Origin: Thermoplasmatota archaeon
GTDB taxonomy: Archaea; Thermoplasmatota; Poseidoniia; Poseidoniales; Thalassarchaeaceae
Reading direction: 5' to 3'
NCBI GenBank assembly: GCA_036124005.1
Contig: JAZADD010000029.1
Location: forward strand, 1-54,197
DNA: 54,197 nucleotides
Both the position numbers and the translations under genes were made by a program. Below, in pieces: positions 9,699 to 19,423 of the stretch. Position 1 is the stretch's first letter. Every line of letters starts with the position of its first letter. The notes under the pieces were generated by a model that did no database searches, had not been told where the DNA came from, and saw nothing but the letters and a program-made list of their open reading frames with translations.

Positions 9699-10436
9699 TT
9701 AGCGTTGTACTAACCACCAAGGAAGAGGTGTATTGTTAGTTACTGGAAGAAACGTATCTTGGTCCATGATTCCAATTCTAGGGATGATACCATTCATCAC
9801 AGCCTCCATGTTCAATTCCATCGGAGCCATTGCTACCGCCATTGCATCAAGATCAACGGGGCGGCGCGGGTCTTCGAGCATTGTATGGACAATACTTCTC
9901 TCTTGGTAATCTTCGAATTCACCTTCGACAGATCTCGACACTCGTTTCATTACGTGTTGATGAAGGGCAACAAGAGCATTCCTTTGATCATCCAAACGAT
10001 CTAACATTTCTTGAATATGTGTAATACATTCAGCCGCTTCAGAAATGGCTAATCTTCTCCTACCGCCTATGTGTGTAGCAATTTGAATTGCAGTATCTGG
10101 AAGCCCATGGATATTAGAGATATTCAACGGGCCGCCACGTGGTAGCTGTGAATGCTTTGTTCTGAATAAATCTGGTCCGAGATCCATTCTCAAGCTGAAG
10201 GATTGTTTTACACTGTAAATTCGTTTTGGTGGGCCCCCCTTCTCAGAGGCAACCTTCTCAGAATTAACGAAACCTGCTTCTTCAAGCACATTGAGATGTT
10301 TGACTACTGCTTGTTGACTAACATCAAGTTGCGATGCAAGTTGCCAACCATAGTGGGGCTCACGAACAAGCCGCTTGAGAATCTCACGCCGTGTCTCATT
10401 GCTGAGGATGTCGAGCGCGGCCTCGAATCCAATCAT
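9699..10436 (-). CDS. ArsR/winged-helix family transcriptional regulator with a long C-terminal extension
   Basis: N-terminal ILSNETRREILKRLVREPHYGWQLASQLDVSQQAVVKHLNVLEEAGFV is a typical ArsR-type HTH. About 140 further aa have no recognised family. Confidence 0.7.
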   Translation of the reverse strand: MIGFEAALDILSNETRREILKRLVREPHYGWQLASQLDVSQQAVVKHLNVLEEAGFVNSEKVASEKGGPPKRIYSVKQSFSLRMDLGPDLFRTKHSQLPRGGPLNISNIHGLPDTAIQIATHIGGRRRLAISEAAECITHIQEMLDRLDDQRNALVALHQHVMKRVSRSVEGEFEDYQERSIVHTMLEDPRRPVDLDAMAVAMAPMELNMEAVMNGIIPRIGIMDQDTFLPVTNNTPLPWWLVQR

Positions 10437-10502
10437 CGCTCCCCAACCTATGGTTGTGTAGTGGAAGGCCTAGTAAAAACTCGATGCTATGTTGTAGACA
10501 CA

Positions 10503-11351
10503 CTAACCGGTATCCCAAGCCTTCCAATCATCTTCATCCTCATCTTGCATTTTATCACTAGAATTAGTGACATCACCCATAACCACTGAATCGTTAATCG
10601 TAATATTCTGTATTATTGTTTGATTTTTATTTGAATTATCAGTGAAAGGTGGGGGCACTTCCTTCACAGGTTTGGCACCCTTTGCATCTTCAGGCATCAT
10701 CATACCTTGCCTGATTAGGAAGAGCTCATCAGTGGTAGGGATGGTGTTGGAAGGCATCGTTATACCTCTATTTCCAAGAGCCCCCTCCTTCTGTTTCCGA
10801 GTTAGGAGATGTATAATTCCAGCAATTGGAAGTAGCAAAACCCCGAAACAACATGCAAAGGAGGCAACTAGGAGAGTAGGCTCCCGTGTTGCAGCTAGAT
10901 CACCTTCATGATCATCAACAATGTACAATTTAGATGTGACATTCTGATTCTCAAAAGTGAAATTCTCAGTATTTTCAGTTGTGTAGGTGCCGATTGTATC
11001 ATAGATGATTGCCCCATTTTCTCCAGTTCTCGGCGGGTGCATCCATGTAGGGGCATCAATCACCATTTCGTTTCCTTTAGAATCGACAATTCTTACATCG
11101 TCATCTAATGCTTCATCTCCGACTTCATTGACGATTCTCAGGAGTGTATACGTTCTTCCAGACTGTAATTCTAGGTCGAGAGAACCACCCTCTTCAACAA
11201 CACCTTTGTTCAATTGTTCAGGGTCTAGAATATCTTCAATAGCATCCATTGAGGTTGCAAATGAGATTAACGAAATTGCAAGCAGACCTGCTGCAACAAG
11301 TGAAACCAAGCGGGCCCAGGAGCGCCCCCCCTTCTCTGCCATGACACCCAA
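10503..11351 (-). CDS. Hypothetical membrane protein (N-terminal anchor, extracellular domain, second TM, cytoplasmic tail)
   Basis: 282-aa ORF with hydrophobic segments LVSLVAAGLLAISLISFA and LLVASFACCFGVLLLPIAGIIHLL. Confidence 0.5.
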   Translation of the reverse strand: MGVMAEKGGRSWARLVSLVAAGLLAISLISFATSMDAIEDILDPEQLNKGVVEEGGSLDLELQSGRTYTLLRIVNEVGDEALDDDVRIVDSKGNEMVIDAPTWMHPPRTGENGAIIYDTIGTYTTENTENFTFENQNVTSKLYIVDDHEGDLAATREPTLLVASFACCFGVLLLPIAGIIHLLTRKQKEGALGNRGITMPSNTIPTTDELFLIRQGMMMPEDAKGAKPVKEVPPPFTDNSNKNQTIIQNITINDSVVMGDVTNSSDKMQDEDEDDWKAWDTG

Positions 11352-11396
11352 CTGAGGGGACTTCTCTTGAGTTCTCGTCTTGATTTGACAAATCTT

Positions 11397-12500
11397 TCAG
11401 ATACTCAAACCGAATCCTGCTAATTTTTCTGGAAGGTAGGTATCTGTGACGAAATCAAGACCATATTTTGCAAGTGCCTGTTGTTCAGCCTTCTTACCTT
11501 CATCAAGCATCATTTGGATTTGCCCTTGCCATTCGCTAGTTGCGAATCGAGGATCAGTCAATTCAGCCTTCAATGCTTCAACGTCTTTCGGTGTGAGTTT
11601 GTCAGAAGGAAGGTCATATGCTAGGATATCGTCTGCAGTGATTCCAAGATAGGTAGAGCTAGGAGTTGCGAGATATTCTGAGATGTGAGCGGTTTTTATC
11701 GCACCATAAGCAATACTTGCAAAAATTCTGAACGACCAGGGGTCACAGTCAGCAAATACCATTACAGGCTTTTTCCATGTTTCAGACATACGCTTAATCA
11801 TTCTACGAGTTGATCTAGCAGGCTGTCCCTTTAGATGAATTAATGCACAACGAGCAGCTTCATCGAATCCATTCTCAACCAATCGATCAAACATACCACC
11901 AGTTTCGATAGCCATGATGAAATCAATGTCCTCATCAATGAGACGAATCTTTTCAGGTTCGACATTGTAAGGCAGACCATATCCGGAATCACCCACATCG
12001 TCTCTGCAATTGATACGCATCCAATCTCCACGACGATTACGTTCTTCGATAGTTACGTTACCAATCATCCTCGCTCCATCTTCTTCAGGTCTAAGCTTGA
12101 AGTCTTCTCGCATACAACGTGTGACGATTTCGAGGTCCTCGGCGATATTGTTACTTTCGTTTTGAGTTCCAAACTTACCCAAACCCCATGCTTCTGAGAT
12201 ATAGTACATCTCCCTTAGAGTAGACGATTTCGCACTGTCAATCATCTCCTCTATGAAATCAATTACATGTAAAGCGCGTAGTAATTGGCGAGCAGAACCA
12301 AGACTCGTTGCATCTCGAATAGTCTGCTTCTTTCCATATTTGTAAACACCAAGTCGCTTGTTGAATTCGATATTTGTCTTTGAACGAACAGGCAAAGTCA
12401 TGGTGGGAGGCTCTCCTTTCAACATCTTGTCATGCATTTCGGCAGCGACTTGATTCAGACTCTCAATGACTTCTTCTCTGGATTTTGCTTCTGACATCAT
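11397..12500 (-). CDS. top6A: DNA topoisomerase VI subunit A (Spo11-like)
   Basis: Catalytic-tyrosine block LREMYYISE. Toprim motifs [11 protein letters not shown] and [11 protein letters not shown]. The start overlaps the top6B stop by 4 nt (ATGA). Confidence 0.92.
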   Translation of the reverse strand: MMSEAKSREEVIESLNQVAAEMHDKMLKGEPPTMTLPVRSKTNIEFNKRLGVYKYGKKQTIRDATSLGSARQLLRALHVIDFIEEMIDSAKSSTLREMYYISEAWGLGKFGTQNESNNIAEDLEIVTRCMREDFKLRPEEDGARMIGNVTIEERNRRGDWMRINCRDDVGDSGYGLPYNVEPEKIRLIDEDIDFIMAIETGGMFDRLVENGFDEAARCALIHLKGQPARSTRRMIKRMSETWKKPVMVFADCDPWSFRIFASIAYGAIKTAHISEYLATPSSTYLGITADDILAYDLPSDKLTPKDVEALKAELTDPRFATSEWQGQIQMMLDEGKKAEQQALAKYGLDFVTDTYLPEKLAGFGLSI

Positions 12501-14749
12501 TCATCCCCCCATTCTCCGAGCCCAGTTTGCCTCGAAGTATCAGATTGGGTCGCATCGCTCAATTCTTCACGATCTAGTGTTCCACTATTGTCAACATCAT
12601 GTTGTGCGATAATTTGTTCAGCATTATTTTGACTCAATTTTTCACCTATTGGGCCAGTCATTGCATTCTGAAGTTCTTCAGCATCAAGGTCACCTGAATT
12701 ATCTACATCGTGTTCCATTGCATCATCAATGGCCATACTACTTTCCTCAAGCGCTTTTTGTGTTGCAATTTCTTCTTCAGTTCTGATTTGTTCGAGAATC
12801 TCTTCATCAATTTTTGAAGCCCCTATGATATCCCCCGAACCCCGGAAGAAAACTTCAGTTGAATTCCAATCATTATGCTCTAAACCTTGTATTGCGAACT
12901 CAATACATCCTGCCTCACCAGGGGGAATTGTATCCAATTTCCAACACCAAATTCCCTTTACTTCTCGGCGGCCACCGAGCTCATTCTCGACGAAATGTGC
13001 ATTACTTGTTTCAGGATATTGAGCAAGAATGGAGTAAGCCCGCGGTCGGGCAGTGTAATTGTGAATTTTGATTCGGCAACGATGTACCTTTGCTTCTTTA
13101 TCCCATACAACTTCATCTTCACAAAAGACAGCATTCATGATTCGAGTGATGACAGGCGCAAGGTCCGGTTCGTCTCTATCTAACAAACTCGAAGCCTTCT
13201 TTGAAATTGCAGGAAGTATTTCGTTAACAAGCTCAAATTTTTCTTGTGCTTTGGCTTTTTGAGCACTCTTTTTTCGATGGTTTTTCAGATGCCGACCAAC
13301 TTCTTGGAGAGCAAGCCGAATTTCATTGAATACCTCTTCATTGTCTGCAACTGCTTCTTTTGCCTCTGAAGTGAATTGAACATTTGTACTTGCAAGATGG
13401 ACGAGAATTGTTGCTGCACCCTTTGGCACACCCTTCCCTCCAGGTTGCTCCAATCCGTATCCCTTCCAAGATACAGATTCAATCGCTTTTGTAAGCAGAC
13501 ACCCACCTTGTTGGTACATCAATGGAACACGATTTGCGAATCGCAATACATCAACTGCACCATCAGCAGGCACATCATTACGCCCAAAGATTAGGCCGAC
13601 TTCGACTTGGAATGGGTTCCCGAGAGAGACGTTTGGGGGGCGAGTTACAGTTGCTACGAAAGCTGAATCAACGGCTTTGGACAACCCCTTTTTGATTAGA
13701 AGATCCTCAATTGGGGAAAGGCAGTCAGTCGGTGGAGCCATGAGCCGAACGGTGTTGAATGCATTCAGGATTCTTTGGGCCTCTTCAGGCGATATTTCAC
13801 TTGGAGTAGCCGCAGCATCCACATCAGCATGAGCCAAAGTTTCCTTCATTGCCCGCATTGGAACTCCTGAAAAGGTATGCCTTAGGAATAGACTCATACG
13901 TCGCTCGGTAGAATCACGAAGAAGTCGATTCAAGGCACCAATCTCAAGGCCATGGGGGTGTGGTTTGATACTTCGAACAGGACGTGGAAGACGATCTGTA
14001 ACCCGTTCGGCCTCGAAATCCTCGATGATTTCCCCATTTTCATCTATTGCTCGATATCGAATTGTTGCATGTGGATTTACGATTGATGTCATACGCAAAT
14101 ATTGCCCCACACTTTTCCGCCCGCGCTGAAATTTTGCTTTCATAGGTGCTTCAACCCTCAACCCATGTTCGACAGGAATACCATTACTATCGAGAAAATC
14201 ATGTGTCCGTTCCCTATTCGATACAATTGCAGCATTCTTCTTTGTATCCAATCCAATATCCATTTGCAACGCGGTTGCTTCTTTGGAAATTTTTGATGTG
14301 ACACGCGTCGTTTTACCCGTAGTCAACTGACTATACATCACGACACCCGTGATTCCTATCCCTTGTTGCCCCCTAGTTTGTCGGATAGTGTGGAACCTAG
14401 AACCAAACAGAAGACTTCCGAACACCTTCTCTATTGATTTTGAAGGGATTCCAGGACCATTGTCTTGCGAAATCATGATGACACGATCAGGTTTTTTTGG
14501 AACCTTTCGAAGCTCAATTGAGATTTCTGGAAGTATTCGATGTTCTTCGCATGCGTCAAGAGAGTTGTCTACAGCTTCCTTGACCGCTGTGATGATAGAT
14601 CGTTGGAGTGTGTCATAACCCAGAAAATGCTTGTTTTTCTCGAAAAACTCACTGATACTTGCTTGCTTCATTGTGCTGGTCGCGCGCTTTGCCAATGAGA
14701 CACCCCCTGCTGCGGTCCTCCCACGGCCGAATGCCGTAGGGCCACTCAC
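12497..14749 (-). CDS. top6B: DNA topoisomerase VI subunit B (GHKL ATPase) with a C-terminal EF-hand extension
   Basis: Bergerat-fold motifs EAVDNSLDA, ISQDNGPGI and GQQGIGITG. GTG start at 14749, with an alternative ATG at 14671 (MKQASISEFFEKNKHFLGYD resembles typical Top6B N-termini). Confidence 0.92.
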   Translation of the reverse strand: MSGPTAFGRGRTAAGGVSLAKRATSTMKQASISEFFEKNKHFLGYDTLQRSIITAVKEAVDNSLDACEEHRILPEISIELRKVPKKPDRVIMISQDNGPGIPSKSIEKVFGSLLFGSRFHTIRQTRGQQGIGITGVVMYSQLTTGKTTRVTSKISKEATALQMDIGLDTKKNAAIVSNRERTHDFLDSNGIPVEHGLRVEAPMKAKFQRGRKSVGQYLRMTSIVNPHATIRYRAIDENGEIIEDFEAERVTDRLPRPVRSIKPHPHGLEIGALNRLLRDSTERRMSLFLRHTFSGVPMRAMKETLAHADVDAAATPSEISPEEAQRILNAFNTVRLMAPPTDCLSPIEDLLIKKGLSKAVDSAFVATVTRPPNVSLGNPFQVEVGLIFGRNDVPADGAVDVLRFANRVPLMYQQGGCLLTKAIESVSWKGYGLEQPGGKGVPKGAATILVHLASTNVQFTSEAKEAVADNEEVFNEIRLALQEVGRHLKNHRKKSAQKAKAQEKFELVNEILPAISKKASSLLDRDEPDLAPVITRIMNAVFCEDEVVWDKEAKVHRCRIKIHNYTARPRAYSILAQYPETSNAHFVENELGGRREVKGIWCWKLDTIPPGEAGCIEFAIQGLEHNDWNSTEVFFRGSGDIIGASKIDEEILEQIRTEEEIATQKALEESSMAIDDAMEHDVDNSGDLDAEELQNAMTGPIGEKLSQNNAEQIIAQHDVDNSGTLDREELSDATQSDTSRQTGLGEWGDE
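12563..12712 (-). other. Pair of EF-hand (or dockerin-like) Ca2+-binding loops at the Top6B C-terminus
   Basis: HDVDNSGDLDAEEL has its loop at 12674..12709 and HDVDNSGTLDREEL at 12563..12598. Both fit the loop pattern D-x-D-x-S-G-x-L-x-x-x-E. Confidence 0.7.
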
Positions 14750-14831
14750 AGAACGAAAGGCTTCGTTTGTCGAGGGTTATTGAAGTATCATCATTGTAGC
14801 ATTCAATAATTTGGGAATATGGCCGCCATCA

Positions 14832-15269
14832 TTAGTCACGGTGGTAATTACTACCTCGTTCAATTTCAGAAGCGCGATAGAGTTGTTCAAGGAGGACGAC
14901 AGCAGCCATTTCGTAAGTCATCGTCAAAGGTCCAAGACCTAGAGTATCGTGTTTGCTAGAGAATTCATCTCGCCATCCATCGACCGGTCCAACAGCAAGA
15001 TGGATTGTTTTTGCACCACTTCTCCATTGATTCCATCGTTGAACGAGATCTTTCGTTGAGATAGATGGAGCACGCTCGTCAAGAAGAATCAATACCCCAT
15101 TCTCCGAATCCTTCAGTAATCGATTTTGATAGGCATCATGATCCATACGTGATGGATGCCGAATAAGGCGAACCCCCCTCCCCTCCAATCTTTCTCCGTA
15201 CATGTCAATTAGTTGTGAGTAAGCACCCACTCTTGCTTTACCGTGGATGTGGACCACGATGCGCGCCAT
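14832..15269 (-). CDS. rlmH: 23S rRNA (pseudouridine-N3)-methyltransferase RlmH (SPOUT family)
   Basis: The C-terminal region LLEQLYRASEIERGSNYHRD matches the RlmH terminus recalled from E. coli (ESLYRAW...NHPYHRE). Overall length and layout fit. ATG at 15269 chosen within the ORF that extends to 15308. Confidence 0.8.
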   Translation of the reverse strand: MARIVVHIHGKARVGAYSQLIDMYGERLEGRGVRLIRHPSRMDHDAYQNRLLKDSENGVLILLDERAPSISTKDLVQRWNQWRSGAKTIHLAVGPVDGWRDEFSSKHDTLGLGPLTMTYEMAAVVLLEQLYRASEIERGSNYHRD

Positions 15270-15378
15270 GATTAGTAGCGATGAAGAGAGGGTATTTACT
15301 TCCTTCAATGCGTATTTCTTCTTTCATTAGTGAATCATTAGTCGATGCTTGAAAGACCCCCGCCTACTCTCAATTGTC

Positions 15379-15714
15379 ATGGGATGGTGGCCATTCAAGC
15401 GAAGACAGCCTGTTGCCGGCAGTGACGACCCTCATATGCGCGGCTCTCGGATGTGGCTAATCGATCTTCAAGAGGCTTGTGAAAGAGAATATCAGAATCC
15501 TGCTGCAGGTAAGGTGAAAGTTAGAGAATTACAGGTCGAATGGACAGAAGCCCATACACGTGGAGAAATTAGTGACGAACTCCTTGAAGGGCTTGATCGC
15601 CGAGCTTTTCGATTGATTCGCTCCAATCCTGAAGAATGGTTACGGTGGCTTGACGATATCGAATTTTGGAAACCTGGATGGCGTGGAGACGACGGAGTGC
15701 CAACCACGGATTGA
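15379..15714 (+). CDS. Hypothetical protein
   Basis: ORF 15349..15714 with first ATG at 15379. No family recognised. Confidence 0.4.
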   Translation: MGWWPFKRRQPVAGSDDPHMRGSRMWLIDLQEACEREYQNPAAGKVKVRELQVEWTEAHTRGEISDELLEGLDRRAFRLIRSNPEEWLRWLDDIEFWKPGWRGDDGVPTTD

Positions 15715-15739
15715 AGTCCTACCGCCTTTTGCTCTGCTT

Positions 15740-16462
15740 ATGCTCCTATGGGTCCTCCTCTTCGTTGGGGTAGCTCTCGCCCTCTTTGTCTATGCACGCC
15801 ACCAACCATTTCCAGAACATGGTTTCACTGCAGGTGGCATATTCCTCTTTGTTGGTTTTGTTCTCTACATTGCTATGGGCGCAGATCGCGCAACAACCCC
15901 CATTGTTCCTCCAACACTTGCCATTTTTTTTGGAGGCCTGTTTACGATTATTGGTGGTCGACACATGGCTCGTACTCAGCGTGACGTCATCGTAGCTCCA
16001 TTTAGCGGAATTCTCCTTGTAGCAGGAATTTTTGGACTTGTTACTTTGAATTGGATAGAACAGAGCACAGTTGAACAAATTGGGAATTTTATAATCGCCT
16101 CCTTGTTTCTCTTGCTTGAGATTTATTTGCTCTTCCGTGGGTTAGTTGTAGGTGTTCAAGGTGTGACTTGGTCACAATCTGGTCTTCGTCAAATTCAACG
16201 AGGATTAATCCACGGGCCCCGAGGAGCAATATCTCATTTTGAACGCTCTTGGGATATGCAGGACCCTGTTCTGAATGTAATGGCTCACGCTGCTTTAGCC
16301 AAAATTCATAGTAAAATCGGAGAAATATCAGAATCTGAAATGCATGAAGATCGTTTACGCCGTCTTGGGGGTTGGGATGTGGTAGATGCCTCTTGGATTG
16401 GAATTATTGATTCAAGTTTAGCATCTATATCCAATCATCCAGAGAATCAATCTGAAGAATAA
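15740..16462 (+). CDS. Hypothetical multi-pass membrane protein
   Basis: ORF 15650..16462. The internal Met at 15740 precedes the first of about 6 hydrophobic helices. The soluble C-terminal ~80 aa look TPR-like. Confidence 0.5.
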   Translation: MLLWVLLFVGVALALFVYARHQPFPEHGFTAGGIFLFVGFVLYIAMGADRATTPIVPPTLAIFFGGLFTIIGGRHMARTQRDVIVAPFSGILLVAGIFGLVTLNWIEQSTVEQIGNFIIASLFLLLEIYLLFRGLVVGVQGVTWSQSGLRQIQRGLIHGPRGAISHFERSWDMQDPVLNVMAHAALAKIHSKIGEISESEMHEDRLRRLGGWDVVDASWIGIIDSSLASISNHPENQSEE

Positions 16463-16468
16463 CTCTGG

Positions 16469-16813
16469 ATGATACAAGAAAGACAGGCATTGATAACCCA
16501 CCAGAACCAATATTGTATCGTGGATTGGGATATTTCACGTAATTCTTGGAGCAATGGATCGATTCTTTTTTGGCTCCTGAGCACTTGGTTTGGAGCTAAT
16601 TTGATTCTTCAAGCAGCATGGATGGGATTGTATGGGGCACCTTTGGATGCACAAATTTTGTTTGATGCGTTTGGTCCTTATGCGTGGTGGATTGCCGGCG
16701 TTGAAGTATTTCTTTGGTTGGTTCTTTCTGTTGTTGCATTACGTCGACTTTTCTCGAAGCTTCGAAACGCCTCATCTAGACATGCGCATTCAAGAGCCGT
16801 CGAACCTGTCTAA
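16469..16813 (+). CDS. Hypothetical small membrane protein
   Basis: 114-aa ORF with two hydrophobic helices, co-directional and 6 nt after the previous gene. Confidence 0.45.
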   Translation: MIQERQALITHQNQYCIVDWDISRNSWSNGSILFWLLSTWFGANLILQAAWMGLYGAPLDAQILFDAFGPYAWWIAGVEVFLWLVLSVVALRRLFSKLRNASSRHAHSRAVEPV

Positions 16814-16828
16814 TGTTCGGGAATCGAG

Positions 16829-17470
16829 ATGGTGCGAATCACAAGGGTCCATACAGGCAATGGTGATGGGGGAGAGACTGACCTCCTGACTGGCGAACGG
16901 GTGCCTAAGTCTAATGCACGTGTTGAGATGTACGGAACAATCGATGAACTAAATTCCCTCATTGGTTGGGTTCGGATGGAACTTTCTCGGCTACCTAAGC
17001 AACATTCTGACGGAGGAGTCCGTGTGCCGGCCCTCCGTATCGAAGAGGAATTAGATCCAATGCTTTCAATTATTCAACAGGAGTTATTCGATATTGGAGG
17101 CGAATCTGCAGGCACTCCCAGTGCTTTACCTGAGCAAATGTCTCTTGTTGAGATGAAACATGCTGACCGCCTCGTACAAGAGATGAATCATTGGACTGAT
17201 CAGCAACCCCCCCTCAGTTCTTTCATTATACCTTCTGGTTCACCAGTTGTTGTAGCCCTCCATGTAGTGCGCACAGTTGCCCGCCGTTCAGAGAGATGCG
17301 CCGTCAATTTGGTTGAACTTGAAGGTGCAGGCGCAGTCCGCCCAGTTGTTCTTGCTTACCTCAATCGTCTTTCAGATTGGATGTTTGTTGCTGCACGGCA
17401 CGTGACCCAGATTCTTGCTGAGGAAGAGGTCCTTTGGGTGCCTTTAGGTGCAAGAGATTCAGATGCCTAA
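16829..17470 (+). CDS. ATP:cob(I)alamin adenosyltransferase, PduO/MMAB type
   Basis: N-terminal RITRVHTGNGDGGETDLLTGERVPKSNARVEMYGTIDELNSLIGW is the hallmark PduO-type block. Confidence 0.85.
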   Translation: MVRITRVHTGNGDGGETDLLTGERVPKSNARVEMYGTIDELNSLIGWVRMELSRLPKQHSDGGVRVPALRIEEELDPMLSIIQQELFDIGGESAGTPSALPEQMSLVEMKHADRLVQEMNHWTDQQPPLSSFIIPSGSPVVVALHVVRTVARRSERCAVNLVELEGAGAVRPVVLAYLNRLSDWMFVAARHVTQILAEEEVLWVPLGARDSDA

Positions 17471-17857
17471 AATTTGCCTCGCCCCTTGTAAAATTACTTT
17501 TTCTTCTGTAAAAGTAATCCAATCTATTGCTTCATCCACTTCTACCCACATGTAATCAGTGTGTTCGTGAGATAGTGTTACATCGAAAGTTTTTGTTTTT
17601 GCAGGGAACCAATGCACTTGTTTTTCTCGTTTGCTGCCCCGTCGAGAATAGGTGTATTGTGTAGTTTGTGACCAAGTTCCGATGACTACAGCATCACAAA
17701 TTCCAGTTTCTTCCTTTAGTTCTCTTAATGCTGTATCACGCAGACCCGAATCCGCCCCTTCGACATGTCCTTTTGGGAAACCCCAATGGCCTTGAGGATA
17801 ACGAAGTAGGAGTACTAAATCACCGTTAGCAAGAACGAGTCCACAGGAAGTCTCCAT
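17459..17857 (-). CDS. NUDIX hydrolase
   Basis: Nudix box GFPKGHVEGADSGLRDTALRELKEETGI (GX5EX7REUXEEXGU). Confidence 0.85.
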   Translation of the reverse strand: METSCGLVLANGDLVLLLRYPQGHWGFPKGHVEGADSGLRDTALRELKEETGICDAVVIGTWSQTTQYTYSRRGSKREKQVHWFPAKTKTFDVTLSHEHTDYMWVEVDEAIDWITFTEEKVILQGARQILGI

Positions 17858-17930
17858 GAAAGTTCTATGAATGCCTCCCCCTTCACTCTTCGGCCGAAAG
17901 GGACTTCAAACTCACACCAAAGGCAAGCCC

Positions 17931-18938
17931 ATGACAGGTCGCCTTTCGATGTTACAGAGCATCGAACCACATCGAATTTTGACTGATGGCGATCTCGATG
18001 GAATTACTGCAGCTGGGATTCTATTACGAGCTTTCCCTAATCTAATTGTAGAATTTGGTCATCCTGGTGGAATCCGTGCAGGGGTATTCGATCATCAAAT
18101 TGACTCTCATACTATCATATGCGATTTACCAAGTCACCCTGCATGTGGGGCTGTAATAGACCATCATGAAACGAATCGTGCTGATGTTGAAGGTGTTCTC
18201 AATCTTTGGAAAGCAACACCCTCAGCAGCGCGCATAGCCTTTGAGATAGTAGGAGAATCAGAAGATGTATCGGATTTGCAAGAACTAATTGATTGGGTTG
18301 ACATTCTCGATGGTGGTATGGTTTCTCGAGATGACTTTCTATCAAACCATCCAATGGTTGTTCTTGGCCGGAGTATCGAGGCTTCTGAAAGACCAGAAGC
18401 CGCTCATAAGATTGTACAGGGAATAGCAGAAGGCTGGGGGATTGAACGCATCCTTGTCGATCCATTAGTTGCCGAGTCCATCCATCGTAGAGAGATGGAA
18501 TCATCAAAGATTACAACAATTATTCATGATTCACTCACTGTAGTAAATCGTATTGCTATTGTCCGATTTGATGGGACAGGCCTTCGAACGAATGGATATC
18601 GAATTACTGCAGAAGCTGGTGATGACTGTGATGCCTGTATCGTGATTCATGGAGATGTGAATGGTTCCTTGACAGGTTCAATTCCACCTCTTAGTGCTTC
18701 TTTTTACACAAATTCATTTCTTCATCCAAACGGTGGCTTAGTTGATTTGACCTGTCTTGCTACATCTTTCGATGATCACGGAGGGGGGCATCGGGATGCA
18801 TGCGGATGTCGTATTCAACCACTTAGTGAAGATGGAATTAGAGAAGATCGCGAGGTTGAGACGAAAGATATAGATCGAAATATTGCAGCTTGGGTAGATA
18901 TATGGTCAAATGAACGAATTAGAAATAATGAATTTTAG
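17931..18938 (+). CDS. DHH-superfamily phosphoesterase (NrnA/RecJ-like)
   Basis: Motifs DGDLDGITAAG, IDHHETN (DHH) and GGGHRDACG (DHHA1-like GGGH). The ORF opens at 17871; ATG at 17931 leaves room for a promoter divergent from the NUDIX gene. Confidence 0.7.
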   Translation: MTGRLSMLQSIEPHRILTDGDLDGITAAGILLRAFPNLIVEFGHPGGIRAGVFDHQIDSHTIICDLPSHPACGAVIDHHETNRADVEGVLNLWKATPSAARIAFEIVGESEDVSDLQELIDWVDILDGGMVSRDDFLSNHPMVVLGRSIEASERPEAAHKIVQGIAEGWGIERILVDPLVAESIHRREMESSKITTIIHDSLTVVNRIAIVRFDGTGLRTNGYRITAEAGDDCDACIVIHGDVNGSLTGSIPPLSASFYTNSFLHPNGGLVDLTCLATSFDDHGGGHRDACGCRIQPLSEDGIREDREVETKDIDRNIAAWVDIWSNERIRNNEF

Positions 18939-19423
18939 GGTTGAATAATCTGAATTACTCGAAGAAAACCAAGAAACATTACAGCAATTAGAAGCGCTAA
19001 CAACAGACTCCCGGCTCGTCGATGAATACCTTTTATTTTGGCGTTTGGAGTTTTTTCTTCGCGTTGACTGACCATACGTTTCCCAGTTTGAGTCATGTAG
19101 AATGTCAGAAATGCGAGAGTTAAACCTAGCCAACCATGAAGACTAAACAATTCACGAAAATCCGCTTCGAGGTTGACATACCGGTGGATATTGGCAAAGA
19201 TGGCAAACAGAATGACTCCCAAAATCGCTGGTAGTGCCCATCTACCTTGGCGCTCATGTTCAGCAACAACCTCCTCTCGCTTCCGGTCACGAATTCTTGA
19301 CCACGCCCTTCCGCGTTTGAGATGTATTGCCTTGATAGTACTCCAATGCCGGTACAACCAGAATCCGAATACTGTTGCAATAAGAGGATGAAGCAAGAGA
19401 ATTACGAGATCCACCACTTCCAT
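18935..19423 (-). CDS. Hypothetical membrane protein (4 predicted TM)
   Basis: 162-aa ORF with four hydrophobic helices. Its stop overlaps the DHH gene stop region. Confidence 0.5.
   Translation of the reverse strand: MEVVDLVILLLHPLIATVFGFWLYRHWSTIKAIHLKRGRAWSRIRDRKREEVVAEHERQGRWALPAILGVILFAIFANIHRYVNLEADFRELFSLHGWLGLTLAFLTFYMTQTGKRMVSQREEKTPNAKIKGIHRRAGSLLLALLIAVMFLGFLRVIQIIQP

Noticed and set aside
14752-14768. Small hairpin AACGAA-AGGC-TTCGTT between rlmH and top6B.
   Set aside because: It has only 6 bp, no adjacent T-tract on the transcribed (minus) strand, and lies 3 nt from the top6B GTG. That is too weak to call a terminator or regulator.
15650-15714. 65-nt overlap in different frames between ORFs 15349..15714 and 15650..16462, a possible programmed frameshift or split gene.
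   Set aside because: The downstream ORF has an internal Met at 15740 right before its first TM helix, which removes the overlap. There is no slippery site and no sequence continuity to suggest a single protein.
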